In this document: piece by piece, positions 1-9,637 of the stretch
How positions within the stretch are numbered: the first letter of the stretch is position 1
Layout of the letters: each line of letters opens with the position of its first letter
Assembly (NCBI GenBank): GCA_964590575.1
Contig: CAZPWM010000034.1
Span: 1 to 30,729 of the forward strand
DNA from: an uncultured archaeon
Lineage (GTDB): Archaea; Asgardarchaeota; Thorarchaeia; Thorarchaeales; Thorarchaeaceae
Length of the DNA: 30,729 nt
Direction of reading: 5' to 3'
Translations under genes and position numbers: made by a program
The notes under the pieces: generated by a model
The model's database searches: none
The model's input: only the letters and a program-made list of their open reading frames with translations
What the model was told of the DNA's origin: nothing

Positions 1-1
1 C

Positions 2-1027
2 TTGAAGTTCAGTGACTTCATTCATACGCAGAAACGTGAACCGCAGACAAACCTTCGGAACCAAACGATGTGGTGGGACTTCTGGTCACTCTGCCCTGAA
101 TCCCTTCATCAGGTGACCATTCTGTTCTCTGATCGGGGGACACCAAAGGGGTTTGCTCACGTGAATGGCTATGGAAGTCACACTTACAGTTTCATCAATG
201 CAAAGGATGAGCGATTCTGGGTGAAATTCCATTTCAAGACTCAGCAAGGCATTCAGAATTTCAGTGCTGAAGAGGCTGCCCGTTTGACTGCAGAAGATCC
301 CGATTGGGCAACTCGAGATTTATTCGAAAGAATTGAACGAGGGGATTTTCCAAAGTGGAGTTTTAAGATTCAAATAATGCCTGAGGAAGAAGCCGAATCA
401 TATCATTGGAATCCTTTTGACTTGACTAAGGTCTGGCCCCATGCAGACTATCCACTCATTGATGTTGGAGTGCTCGAACTAAACAAGAACCCATCGAACT
501 ACTTTGCTGATATAGAACAAGCTGCCTTTGCACCATCGGATGTTGTGCCAGGTATCTCGTTCTCACCAGATAAGATGCTTCAAGCTAGAATCTTCTCATA
601 TGCAGATGCTCATCGATACAGACTAGGTGTTAACTATCAGCTTCTACCAGTGAACCGACCTCGTAATGTAGCCGTACACAATTACCAAAGGGATGGCCTC
701 ATGAGGTTTGATGGCAATGCTGGTCCAGCAATAAACTACGAGCCAAATAGCTTTGGTGGGCCTACTGAAAACCCCGCTTTCCGAGAGCCTCCGTTGAAAA
801 TCTCCGGTGATGCTGACCGCTACAATCAACCACGGGTCGACGATGACTTCATTCAGCCTGGAAATCTATTCAGACTCATGTCAAAAGAAGAGCAAGCAAG
901 GCTCATCGAGAACATTGTGGGTTCTTTGAAGCATGTCCCTGAGTTCATTCAGAAGAGAATGGTGGAACATTTCCATAAGGCAGATCCAAACTATGGTAAA
1001 GGCGTTCAGAAAGGATTAGGAATGTAA
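2..1027 (+). CDS. katA: Monofunctional heme catalase, small-subunit type; 5'-truncated at the window edge
   Basis: [17 protein letters not shown] and FDLTKVWP motifs; proximal heme-ligand signature [20 protein letters not shown]. The N-terminal distal His region lies upstream of the window. Confidence 0.96.
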   Translation: MKFSDFIHTQKREPQTNLRNQTMWWDFWSLCPESLHQVTILFSDRGTPKGFAHVNGYGSHTYSFINAKDERFWVKFHFKTQQGIQNFSAEEAARLTAEDPDWATRDLFERIERGDFPKWSFKIQIMPEEEAESYHWNPFDLTKVWPHADYPLIDVGVLELNKNPSNYFADIEQAAFAPSDVVPGISFSPDKMLQARIFSYADAHRYRLGVNYQLLPVNRPRNVAVHNYQRDGLMRFDGNAGPAINYEPNSFGGPTENPAFREPPLKISGDADRYNQPRVDDDFIQPGNLFRLMSKEEQARLIENIVGSLKHVPEFIQKRMVEHFHKADPNYGKGVQKGLGM

Positions 1028-1056
1028 TCCTTCAAAGTCCGTAACAAACTCAGTAT

Positions 1057-1092
1057 GGATATAGGGGAGTCTTTTCCCTCATCCTTCTTTTT
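1057..1092 (+). terminator. Putative terminator after catalase
   Basis: GGAT(1057-60)/ATCC(1081-84) and AGGGGA(1063-68)/TTCCCT(1074-79) stem followed by TTCTTTTT. Confidence 0.4.
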
Positions 1093-1150
1093 CTACCCCT
1101 CCTAGGAAAGATATAACTCGAACTGCGAACTCCATTGATTGGGTGACTGA

Positions 1151-1483
1151 ATGACCAAAGACAAGATACTGGCGATGCTTCAAACTCTCGGAGAACGTTT
1201 TGAGGACCCGAAAATCCAGCGCAGGTTCAAGGACTATAACAAGGCGCTTCAATTTATCTTTCCTGATATTGATGTCAAGATGTACATGAAAATCGGGGAT
1301 GCAGAGCTCCTTGAGGTAGCAGAGGGTGAAACTGAAGCAGAACTGCAAGTTACTATGGATTCACCCGTTTTCTTCGCAATCATAGAGAAGACTGAGAGTC
1401 CAATGGCGGCATATTCTGCTGGCAAACTCAAGACAAAAGGTGAAGTACCGGATCTATTGAAACTCCAGAAACTACTCTTGTGA
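1151..1483 (+). CDS. SCP2 sterol/lipid-binding domain protein
   Basis: 110 aa; C-terminal ESPMAAYSAGKLKTKGE..DLLKLQKL pattern typical of the SCP2 fold; GGGTGA SD before the ATG. Confidence 0.8.
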   Translation: MTKDKILAMLQTLGERFEDPKIQRRFKDYNKALQFIFPDIDVKMYMKIGDAELLEVAEGETEAELQVTMDSPVFFAIIEKTESPMAAYSAGKLKTKGEVPDLLKLQKLLL

Positions 1484-1822
1484 TTCAGATTCCTTATCAA
1501 CAACCATTGATACAAGCTCTCGCATTCGAACCATCTGACTCCTTACACGTTCTGCTCCTTCCTTGGTTAGAACTGCGAAAGTTGTAGGTTTGAGGTCAAC
1601 AAATCGTTTTGATATTCGAATCAGACCTAACTCTTCCAGCTTCCTTAGATGACTCGATAGATTTCCTGAGGTCAGACCAAGTTTCTTCTGAAGGACTGGA
1701 AATGTTGCATGTTGCGTGAAATATAGGTAGACGAGAACGGAGAGTCGTGTGGGGACCATGGTTTCACGGTCTTCTTCCATTAGTCCTACCAATGCTGATA
1801 GGAGGTCCCCATCGAGACTCAA
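1472..1822 (-). CDS. Winged-helix transcriptional regulator (HTH_34/ArsR-MarR-like)
   Basis: RLSVLVYL...LGLTSGNLSSHLRKLEELGLI...PTT..LTKEG pattern; TTG start 2 nt after the upstream stop. Confidence 0.88.
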   Translation of the reverse strand: MSLDGDLLSALVGLMEEDRETMVPTRLSVLVYLYFTQHATFPVLQKKLGLTSGNLSSHLRKLEELGLIRISKRFVDLKPTTFAVLTKEGAERVRSQMVRMRELVSMVVDKESESQE

Positions 1823-1824
1823 TT

Positions 1825-2502
1825 CTATCCCTGTCCTTTGCTCTCCAGAAGAAGTCGTTCAGCAGTGATAAGCATATAGATGCCAATAACGTAGATTCCG
1901 CCCATATCTGCGACTATCAGAAATATGTGTGCAATGTCCAGAAACATCATCATCGGGATAATACTAAGAAACACCACAATTGCAAAATAGAGGTGTTCAC
2001 GACCATAGAACTCAACATTGCCTCCTCTCCTTCCACCAATGTAGTTTAGTAGAAAACCTACTCCCATTATGAATTGAAGAGCAGGTGCGAACAAGACTCC
2101 ATTTCCTGTGGCGAATGTCACAATGGATAGTATGACGATCATAACTGCTATGATACCCCAGACCAAAAATGCAGCTCGACCTCCATCTTCATCAGAAGAT
2201 GTTTGCGGATATGACTGAGTTAGTGGTAATACTAGTCTAAATGCAACAGCCCAAGAGAAAACAAGACTAAGAACTACGAATCCAAGATTCACTAACAGAG
2301 GATTTCCTGGTCCAAAATAATTTTCAAGTGACATATAGATCAATGTCGTAAAAGATATTCCTCCAGCAATGATGAGATAGACCAATCCTGCAACTCTACG
2401 TGAAACGACTTGTGGATACTTATCAACGAGGTCGGTTAGCAGTAGAAGCTGTTTTGCTTTCTCAATCATTTCACCGTTTTTTTCCATTCCTTCAGGATTC
2501 AA
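1825..2502 (-). CDS. Hypothetical integral membrane protein (about 6 TM)
   Basis: Several hydrophobic segments; co-oriented with the wHTH gene; TTG start with a GGTGG SD. Confidence 0.75.
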   Translation of the reverse strand: MNPEGMEKNGEMIEKAKQLLLLTDLVDKYPQVVSRRVAGLVYLIIAGGISFTTLIYMSLENYFGPGNPLLVNLGFVVLSLVFSWAVAFRLVLPLTQSYPQTSSDEDGGRAAFLVWGIIAVMIVILSIVTFATGNGVLFAPALQFIMGVGFLLNYIGGRRGGNVEFYGREHLYFAIVVFLSIIPMMMFLDIAHIFLIVADMGGIYVIGIYMLITAERLLLESKGQG

Positions 2503-2552
2503 ACGACCACCTCTATTCTAAATGACAAATTCAACTTTGACAAACCCCCTTA

Positions 2553-2580
2553 ATAAAAGATGGAGTCCCGTGAGGGACCC
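2553..2580 (-). terminator. Hairpin and U-rich tract after the ABC permease
   Basis: GTCCC(2565-69)-GTGA-GGGAC(2574-78) directly after the minus-strand stop, followed by TCTTTTATT on the minus strand. Confidence 0.45.
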
Positions 2581-3741
2581 CTAACGATAACCGTATCTCT
2601 CGAAGAGAATAATTCCCACTGCAACAAGCAGGAACCCAACTACTGATACAACTGCCAAATCGAACCAGATTATAGGTGTGGTAATTGGTGCTCCTCTTAG
2701 GAACAGTGTTGTCAATGCATCAGTGATGTACTTGCTAGGCATGAACTTACCAATAATCTCGGTTGCTCCGCCCAAAGGCATGAATGTTCCAAAGAACATC
2801 TGTGGCATGATGAATGCGAAACTCACACCTGTTGAAACCTCAGCAGATTTGGAGATTGCCGCAGAAATTAGACCGAACCCAACGGCAACTAATGAGAATG
2901 CTAAAGCGATGATAAAGGTGAAAGCAATTCCTGCTGGTCCAGTTGCAGGTCTATAGCCTATCATGAACGCCGATGCCATAACAAGTGCAACTTGAATAAC
3001 TGCAATTATCATGTAGGTAAGAGTCTGACTGACCATGTAGTCTGCTGATGAAACTGGAGTTGTTCTCATTCTCTTCAAGAGCCCTTCATCTCGCTCATAT
3101 GTCATTGATTGTGCAACGATCATAGTCAGGAAAATTGCAGCAAAAGCAAAGATTCCAGGGGCCATAAAGTCCCATTGAGTAAAGGTACTCGATTCAACTA
3201 AGGCAGGGCTTCCAATCTCAATTGGCAGACCAATAGTCATTGCCTCGCTCCCAAATATGGTCTTCATCAGAACCTCCAATACAAGAGGCGGAACAGCTGA
3301 TACCGCCATTAGAGACCCACTATCAACATAGAGCCCAATAGTCGTGTTTGTCCAGGCGCTAGGATCGACGGGGGAACTATAATACGATACAATACTTTCT
3401 CCAAAACCTCCAGGAATAACAATGAATGCATCGAGGTCGCCTTGGAGAAGTGCTGATTGTCCAGTAGTATTATCATCATAGCCATGGATGACAAAGATAT
3501 CAGACTCAGTGAGATTGTCAACGAACGCAAAACTCCAATCAGCTTGAGGACTTGTAGCATCGAGATTAAGAAGTCCTACCTCAAAACTTGTTGTGGTTCC
3601 TCCTCCAATTCCGCCAAATGCAAGACCAAACACAAACGTCAACACAACGGGGAAAATTATCAGAAGAAAAAGGACAGCTGGTTCCCTATGTGTCTTCTTC
3701 AAATCCTTCTTCACTAATGCTAGTATTCGTCTTAGGTTCAT
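2581..3741 (-). CDS. ABC-2 type exporter permease
   Basis: N-terminal TM, large extracytoplasmic loop and 5 C-terminal TMs; FMAPGI and ERDEGLLKRMRTTPVS motifs. Confidence 0.92.
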   Translation of the reverse strand: MNLRRILALVKKDLKKTHREPAVLFLLIIFPVVLTFVFGLAFGGIGGGTTTSFEVGLLNLDATSPQADWSFAFVDNLTESDIFVIHGYDDNTTGQSALLQGDLDAFIVIPGGFGESIVSYYSSPVDPSAWTNTTIGLYVDSGSLMAVSAVPPLVLEVLMKTIFGSEAMTIGLPIEIGSPALVESSTFTQWDFMAPGIFAFAAIFLTMIVAQSMTYERDEGLLKRMRTTPVSSADYMVSQTLTYMIIAVIQVALVMASAFMIGYRPATGPAGIAFTFIIALAFSLVAVGFGLISAAISKSAEVSTGVSFAFIMPQMFFGTFMPLGGATEIIGKFMPSKYITDALTTLFLRGAPITTPIIWFDLAVVSVVGFLLVAVGIILFERYGYR

Positions 3742-3743
3742 CT

Positions 3744-4490
3744 CTAGACAGCCTCCCTCAGTTTCTTACCAGTGAGTTTCAGGAAGACTTCTTCCAGATT
3801 CCTAGTCTGATGTTTTTTCATCAAATCAGCAGGAGACCCAAGTGCAATTAGCTTACCTTCGTCAATGATGGCAACTCTGTCGCAGAGCTCCTGAGCTTCT
3901 TCCATGTAGTGTGTTGTGAGAATGATAGCCTTGCCTTGCTCTTTCAGCTCTCGAATAAAGTCCCAGACCGCCCGACGGGATTGTGGATCCATCGCAACAG
4001 TGGGCTCATCTAGTAGAGCTATCTTCGGGTCACTGATTAATGCCATTAGCATACTGACCTTTCTAATCATTCCCCCGCTGTATTCCTTAGCACGCCTGCG
4101 AATGTAGCCTTCCATGTCAATTCTCTCAACCATGGTTGTGACACGTTCCTTGAGGACATTCTTTGGCATGAGATACATCTCTCCCATGAGGGTGATGTTC
4201 TCTTCGCCTGTAAGATGCGGATAGAATGCAGGTTTCTGAGGACAAACACCAATTACCTCTCGAACCCCCTCTGGGTCAAAGATCACATCATGCCCATCGA
4301 TGGTCGCAGAACCTTCAGTTGGCTCTAGAAGGGTGTTGAGAATGTTGATGGTCGTACTCTTGCCTGCACCATTGGGTCCGAGGATACCAAATAGCTCACC
4401 CCAGCCAATCTCAAGACTGAGACTGTCGATGGCTGTTATATCACCGAACCTTTTTGTTAGATTAGTTATCGTAATCGCAGATTCAGACAT
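3744..4490 (-). CDS. ABC exporter ATP-binding protein (DrrA-like)
   Basis: Walker A GPNGAGKST, signature YSGGM, Walker B ALLDEPT, H-loop LTTHYMEEA. Confidence 0.95.
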   Translation of the reverse strand: MSESAITITNLTKRFGDITAIDSLSLEIGWGELFGILGPNGAGKSTTINILNTLLEPTEGSATIDGHDVIFDPEGVREVIGVCPQKPAFYPHLTGEENITLMGEMYLMPKNVLKERVTTMVERIDMEGYIRRRAKEYSGGMIRKVSMLMALISDPKIALLDEPTVAMDPQSRRAVWDFIRELKEQGKAIILTTHYMEEAQELCDRVAIIDEGKLIALGSPADLMKKHQTRNLEEVFLKLTGKKLREAV

Positions 4491-4519
4491 TGTAAATCAC
4501 GAGTATTCACATGCATAGA

Positions 4520-4645
4520 ATGAATATAAGGAGTGGACAATCTTTGAACTACATCGAGGTTTGCGCTACAAACTAGCCTACGTGGCAATAATTCGCCGAA
4601 TCTTTAAAGGGCCGTGACAATACTGGACACATCTGAAATTGGAGG
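4520..4645. promoter_or_regulatory. Divergent promoter region
   Basis: TATA-like TTTAAAG near 4603 preceded by CCGAA on +; CTTATATT on - near 4523-4530; GGAGG SD at 4641-4645. Confidence 0.4.
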
Positions 4646-4654
4646 TTTTACTTA

Positions 4655-5653
4655 TTGCGAGTTCTCATCACAGCTCCCTTCACTGAGACTGGTCTAAAAG
4701 AACTACAAGATGCAGGCCTCAAGGTTGACTATCATAGCTGGCTAGAAACAGGAAAGCTGCACATGGGGGAGTCTTTGCTTCAAACCATTAAGGATGGTAA
4801 CTATGAAATTGTCATTGTAGAGGGTGATGAGATAAAGGAGGAGATCATTGAGCAGACTGAGTTGAAGCTAATTGGATCAGTAAGAGGGTCTCCCAATAAC
4901 ATATCACTCCAAGCAGCAACTGCCAAGAAAATTCCAGTCATTGCTGTGCCTGGAAGAAATACTATTGCGGTAGCTGAACACACAATTGCTTTGATTTTGG
5001 CTCAGGCAAGGAACATTGTGGCTGCGGAACGTTTTCTCAAGAACGACTTCTTTGTTGATGATTTCAAAGACTTTGCGAACATGTACACCAGTCTCATTGG
5101 ATTCGAGCTCTTTGGACGAACTGTGGGAATCATCGGACTCGGTCAGATTGGATTTGAGGTGGCCAAGCGTTTGCAGTCTTTTGGTGTAGAGATACTTGTC
5201 CTGGATCCATACGCTGACTCCAACAAAATCAAAGACGTGGGTGCAAGAATCGTTGAGCTTGATGAACTGCTGAAAAACTCAGATATAGTCACCCTACATT
5301 GTCCATCCACTGAAGAAACTCAGGGAATGTTGGGTGCTAAGGAGTTTGAGAAAATGAAGAAGACTGCAATCCTGATTAACACTGCAAGAGCATCAATAAC
5401 TGATGAATACGCCCTTCTTGCTGCATTGAAGAACGGTACCATCGCGGGTGCAGGTTTAGATGTCTTCTCTATGGAGCCTGTTGACAGTGATAATGAATTT
5501 CTTGAGATTGACAATGTAACAGTGATGCCCCATATGGGTGGAAACACGGTTGAAACTGTGCAACGCCAGTCAGAGAACATTGTAGCTGGCATCCTAGCTT
5601 TCCTTAAAGGTGAGAAACCCCCGAACATCTTGAATCCAGAAGTCTTCAATTAG
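4655..5653 (+). CDS. D-isomer-specific 2-hydroxyacid dehydrogenase, YoaD-like
   Basis: GIIGLGQIG NAD motif; catalytic R (NTARA), E (DVFSMEP) and H (PHMGG). N-terminal VLITAPF..G.KEL...DYHSW and RGSPNN..PGRN..AVAE resemble B. subtilis YoaD as I recall it. Confidence 0.9.
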   Translation: MRVLITAPFTETGLKELQDAGLKVDYHSWLETGKLHMGESLLQTIKDGNYEIVIVEGDEIKEEIIEQTELKLIGSVRGSPNNISLQAATAKKIPVIAVPGRNTIAVAEHTIALILAQARNIVAAERFLKNDFFVDDFKDFANMYTSLIGFELFGRTVGIIGLGQIGFEVAKRLQSFGVEILVLDPYADSNKIKDVGARIVELDELLKNSDIVTLHCPSTEETQGMLGAKEFEKMKKTAILINTARASITDEYALLAALKNGTIAGAGLDVFSMEPVDSDNEFLEIDNVTVMPHMGGNTVETVQRQSENIVAGILAFLKGEKPPNILNPEVFN

Positions 5654-5657
5654 GGGA

Positions 5658-7163
5658 ATGACAATGGTAGTAGCCGCGATTGACGCAGGTACGACTGGCG
5701 TAAGGTGCATGATTGTAGACCGTAAAGGAAAGACTCCGGGCACATCCAGAACTTCATGGGATTATTCTACACCCCCTGGTCTAGAGATAGCTAAGGAGTT
5801 CAACCCATCAGAGTTCTGGAAACTTGTTTGTTCGGTTATCAAAGGAGCGATCAAGAATTCAGGGATTGAGACTTCTGACCTAAAAGCTGTAGCAACAACC
5901 AGTCAACGACACGGGCTTGTCTTACTTGACTCCAACGGGAATGAGCTTCATGGTGGCCCGAATATCGATGCACGTGGTGCAATGACCCAATATCTCATCG
6001 ATGAATCTCTTGGCGAAACCTACCATGAGATTACTGGTTGTTGGCCCCCGTTGATGTTTGCACCATCCCGACTTGCTTGGTTCGAGGAAGAGGACCCTGA
6101 GCTTTACGGAAAAATAGCACAAATCCTCCCTCTCTGTGATTGGATAACATTCAGACTCTCAGGAATGTACGTGACAGACTCCTCATCCGCAAGCGCAACT
6201 GGATTTCTTGATGTCAGGACCAACAAATGGAGTGAAGAAGTAGCATCAGCTCTTAACATAGATTTGAGTATTCTACCTGAGATCCGCAAGGTTGGTGAAG
6301 TGATAGGTGAGGTGACATCTGAATCTGAAAAGGAATGTGGTCTACCAAAGGGCCTCCCGGTCGTTCAGGGTGGTGCTGATACACACTGCGCTCTTCTTGC
6401 GAGTGAATCTAAAGTGGATGAAATCACTGTCATAGCAGGAAGCACCGCTCCTGTAATGATGATTCTCGATTATCATCTCTGCGTTCCTGACCAGAAAATC
6501 TGGACTGGGACTAACATGAAAGAAGGTCAATGGGTTCTCGAGAGCAATGCGACCTTGACTGGAGCCGTCTTAGAGTGGGCTGTACGCCTTCTCTGTGAAC
6601 GGTCTGAGGAGCCTATGAAATGCAGAAAGAAAACGTTTGAAAATCTAGATGAATTGGTTAGAGGAATTCCCCCCGGAAGCGATGAAACTTTTGTCACTCT
6701 TGGCCCGAGTATAATGGACTGTCAGCAAATCACAGATGTGAAACAGGCACAGATGATATTCCCACAGCCCGCTTTACCTCAGGTTAACCCCCTTGACTCT
6801 TCAAGAATGATTCATGCTATTCTTGAGAACGTGGCTTTTGCAGTCCGTGGAAACGTTGAACAGCTCGAAGTATACAACCAATCAAGTGCTGTGAAAACAA
6901 TTGGTGGAATGAGTCAATCTGAAACATGGCCACAACTCCTGGCTAATGTTCTGAACAGACCAATTACTACTCCCGTTCAGTCTGAGGGGAGTCTGTTAGG
7001 TGCTGCAATCTGTGCTGCAACAGGTGCTGGTTATCACAAATCGATTGATGAAGCCGCAAAATCAATGGTCCGTTGGAGACCCACCTATCAACCTGATGAC
7101 CGCGCAGAACTTTATGACCGATACTTTTCAAAATGGAACGAGATAAGATGCAACGGTGACTGA
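5658..7163 (+). CDS. FGGY-family carbohydrate kinase, YoaC/autoinducer-2-kinase-like subgroup
   Basis: IDAGTTG, TSQRHGLVLLD, PNIDARG (instead of the WxDxR of xylulose/glycerol kinases), GGADT, GGMSQS and GAAICA motifs. Confidence 0.9.
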   Translation: MTMVVAAIDAGTTGVRCMIVDRKGKTPGTSRTSWDYSTPPGLEIAKEFNPSEFWKLVCSVIKGAIKNSGIETSDLKAVATTSQRHGLVLLDSNGNELHGGPNIDARGAMTQYLIDESLGETYHEITGCWPPLMFAPSRLAWFEEEDPELYGKIAQILPLCDWITFRLSGMYVTDSSSASATGFLDVRTNKWSEEVASALNIDLSILPEIRKVGEVIGEVTSESEKECGLPKGLPVVQGGADTHCALLASESKVDEITVIAGSTAPVMMILDYHLCVPDQKIWTGTNMKEGQWVLESNATLTGAVLEWAVRLLCERSEEPMKCRKKTFENLDELVRGIPPGSDETFVTLGPSIMDCQQITDVKQAQMIFPQPALPQVNPLDSSRMIHAILENVAFAVRGNVEQLEVYNQSSAVKTIGGMSQSETWPQLLANVLNRPITTPVQSEGSLLGAAICAATGAGYHKSIDEAAKSMVRWRPTYQPDDRAELYDRYFSKWNEIRCNGD

Positions 7164-7800
7164 AATGTATGAGAAAGAGAAGAAAGAATTACTTGACATT
7201 TGTCTGGAGATGATCAAACACAACCTAGTTATTGGGTCCTCTGGGAATGCAAGTCTTAGAGTTGGAGATCATGTTGTCATTTCTCCAAGTTCTGTTCATT
7301 ATGCAGAGATGACAGTTGATGATGTTGTTGTTATTGACATGAAGGGTGACGAGGTTGAAGGTACTAGGAATCCAAGTGTTGAAACACCAATGCATCTAGA
7401 GATTTACCACAACAGGGAGGACGCTCTTGCTGTAGTTCATACCCATAGTATTTGCGCCTCTGCTATGGCTATCCTTCATGAACCTCTGCCCCCGATACTT
7501 GATGAGATTGTCCCCAAACTTGGCGCTGGGATAAGAGTTAGTAAATACGCTATGCCTGGTACAAAACAGCTGGGGAAAAACGTGGTCGAAGTTCTTGAAG
7601 AAAGAAGTGCAGCACTAATAGCAAACCATGGCGCTGTATGTCTGGCAAAGACCCTGAAGGATGCACTCTTTCTCTCAATCCTCCTAGAACGTGCCTGCAA
7701 GATCTACATGACTGCAAAACAAGTTGGCAAACCAATAGAACTTCCTGAGGACGTCGTACTCGACGAACAGGATATCTGGGAAATGATGAAAGACTTCTAA
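7156..7800 (+). CDS. Class II aldolase/adducin family protein (L-fuculose-phosphate aldolase-like)
   Basis: SSGNAS, SPS, PSVETPMH (catalytic Glu), HTHS and NHG metal ligands; overlaps the kinase stop. Confidence 0.93.
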   Translation: MTEMYEKEKKELLDICLEMIKHNLVIGSSGNASLRVGDHVVISPSSVHYAEMTVDDVVVIDMKGDEVEGTRNPSVETPMHLEIYHNREDALAVVHTHSICASAMAILHEPLPPILDEIVPKLGAGIRVSKYAMPGTKQLGKNVVEVLEERSAALIANHGAVCLAKTLKDALFLSILLERACKIYMTAKQVGKPIELPEDVVLDEQDIWEMMKDF

Positions 7801-7810
7801 GGGTGATGAA

Positions 7811-9592
7811 ATGCCAGGATACATGGGTCAAATACTAGTTGTGGACTTATCAAATAGGGAAATGAGTACACTTGATATTGATCCCACAAAATCTGCTCTG
7901 TTTCTTGGTGGAAGCGGATATGCAGCAAGACTTCTTTACGAGCACCTCGATTCAGACGTTGACCCTCTCGGTCCAGACAATATACTGCTTTTCATGACCG
8001 GTCCATTGACTGGGACACTTGCCCCATGTACTGGACGTCATGTTGTCTGTGGAAAATCACCACTCACAAACCTCTGGGGTGAGTCTCATGTAGGTGGACA
8101 CTTTGGAGCTTTTCTGAAGTTCTCAGGATATGATGGAATCCTAATCAAGGGGCGATCAGAGAAACCAGTTACTTTGTATGTTGATAATGAAAAGCCTCAG
8201 CTTCTCTCTGCGGAAGACCTGTGGGGCAAAATGACTGGACCAACACAAGACTCATTGAAAGCCAGACTTGGACGGGTACAGATTTGCTGCATCGGTCCAG
8301 CTGGTGAGAATCTAGTAAAGTTTGCAAGTATAGTCACTGATGAACGGGTTTCAGCAAGATGCGGTCTTGGGGCTGTTATGGGGTCTAAGAACCTCAAAGC
8401 TATTGCAGTTGGAGGCAGAAACCGTGTGCCCTTACACACTCCTGAGGAATTTCGTGAGTTGGCACAATCATCGAGAAAGATAGTTGGTGAAGCGATGACT
8501 ATGCTCACCGACCAAGGTACTGCTATGTATGTCGATATTGGTATGATGTTCAATGACGTGCCAATCAAATACTTCCAGGAGATAAAGTTTGAAGACGCTG
8601 ATCTAATTAATGCAAAATCAATGGAGGAGATTCTCACGGGTCGCTCTGCTTGTTACTCATGTCCGATAGGTTGCGGACGAAAGGTAACGATTCCAGAGTA
8701 CGAGTTGGTTGACGTAGGAGGTCCTGAGTATCAGACAATTGCATCATTTGGATCCAACCTATTGATTTCCGATTTAAAGAAAATAGCACTCATGAACAAT
8801 CTGTGCAATCAATATGGCATGGACACAATCAGTTGTGGTAGTACCATTGCTTTTGCGACTCATCTATGTGATATTGGGAAAGCAGATTATGGGTTCACTT
8901 GGAACAACCCTGAACAGGTCATTAACACGCTCCACGAAATAGCAAAAAGAGAAGGTATTGGTGACATACTAGCCGAGGGCTCTGTTTCGGTTGCTAGAAG
9001 ACACTCTGCAGAGGATATTGTGCTTCATGTTAGAGGAATGGAGATTCCAAATCATGACCCTCGAGCATTCTCCGGGATGACAACTGTCTACACCATAGCT
9101 TCTAGGGGAGCAACCCATATGGAAGGTGACATGTATAGTGTGGATGTCGGTGTAGAATGGAGAGAATTGGGAATTATATCCGGAGACCGCCTGGAGAATG
9201 ATGGCAAGGGAATGATTGCAGCAAGAGCTCAGGACTTCAGAGCATTCTTCGATTCGGTAATAATGTGTCATTTTGCCATTGTTCCTCCTAAAACAATCGT
9301 TGAGCTACTGAACCTCGCAATTGGGTCATCATACCAACTTGAAGACATCTTGGAGATAGGTGCTCGTGCAGTTACCATGAAACGGCTCTTCAATCTGAAA
9401 TGTGGTCTAAAGACTGAAGATGAGAAACTTCCTGCACCATTATTGATACCTCATGCTGAAAGTGTCACAGATGACTTTGTCCCTGATGTCGATGCTCAGT
9501 TAGATGAATACTACGACTACAGGAAATGGGATAGAAAAACAGGTCGCCCTTCTGATGAAGCATTCAAAGAATTAGGATTATCCGATCTCTAG
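7811..9592 (+). CDS. aor: Aldehyde:ferredoxin oxidoreductase family (W/Mo-pterin, 4Fe-4S)
   Basis: KSPLT..WGES, RCGLGAVMGSKNLKAI, CYSCPIGC, GPEYQT, DTISCG, RGATH and IMCHF motifs. Confidence 0.94.
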   Translation: MPGYMGQILVVDLSNREMSTLDIDPTKSALFLGGSGYAARLLYEHLDSDVDPLGPDNILLFMTGPLTGTLAPCTGRHVVCGKSPLTNLWGESHVGGHFGAFLKFSGYDGILIKGRSEKPVTLYVDNEKPQLLSAEDLWGKMTGPTQDSLKARLGRVQICCIGPAGENLVKFASIVTDERVSARCGLGAVMGSKNLKAIAVGGRNRVPLHTPEEFRELAQSSRKIVGEAMTMLTDQGTAMYVDIGMMFNDVPIKYFQEIKFEDADLINAKSMEEILTGRSACYSCPIGCGRKVTIPEYELVDVGGPEYQTIASFGSNLLISDLKKIALMNNLCNQYGMDTISCGSTIAFATHLCDIGKADYGFTWNNPEQVINTLHEIAKREGIGDILAEGSVSVARRHSAEDIVLHVRGMEIPNHDPRAFSGMTTVYTIASRGATHMEGDMYSVDVGVEWRELGIISGDRLENDGKGMIAARAQDFRAFFDSVIMCHFAIVPPKTIVELLNLAIGSSYQLEDILEIGARAVTMKRLFNLKCGLKTEDEKLPAPLLIPHAESVTDDFVPDVDAQLDEYYDYRKWDRKTGRPSDEAFKELGLSDL

Positions 9593-9637
9593 TTCCTCAT
9601 CCGTTAGTTTATTTCGTATGTTTTCACGAACCAGATA

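Noticed and set aside
4491-4654. S-box/SAM riboswitch upstream of the yoaD-like gene
   Set aside because: No ATCxAGAG…GAGGGA…GCCC core; the region looks like a plain divergent promoter.
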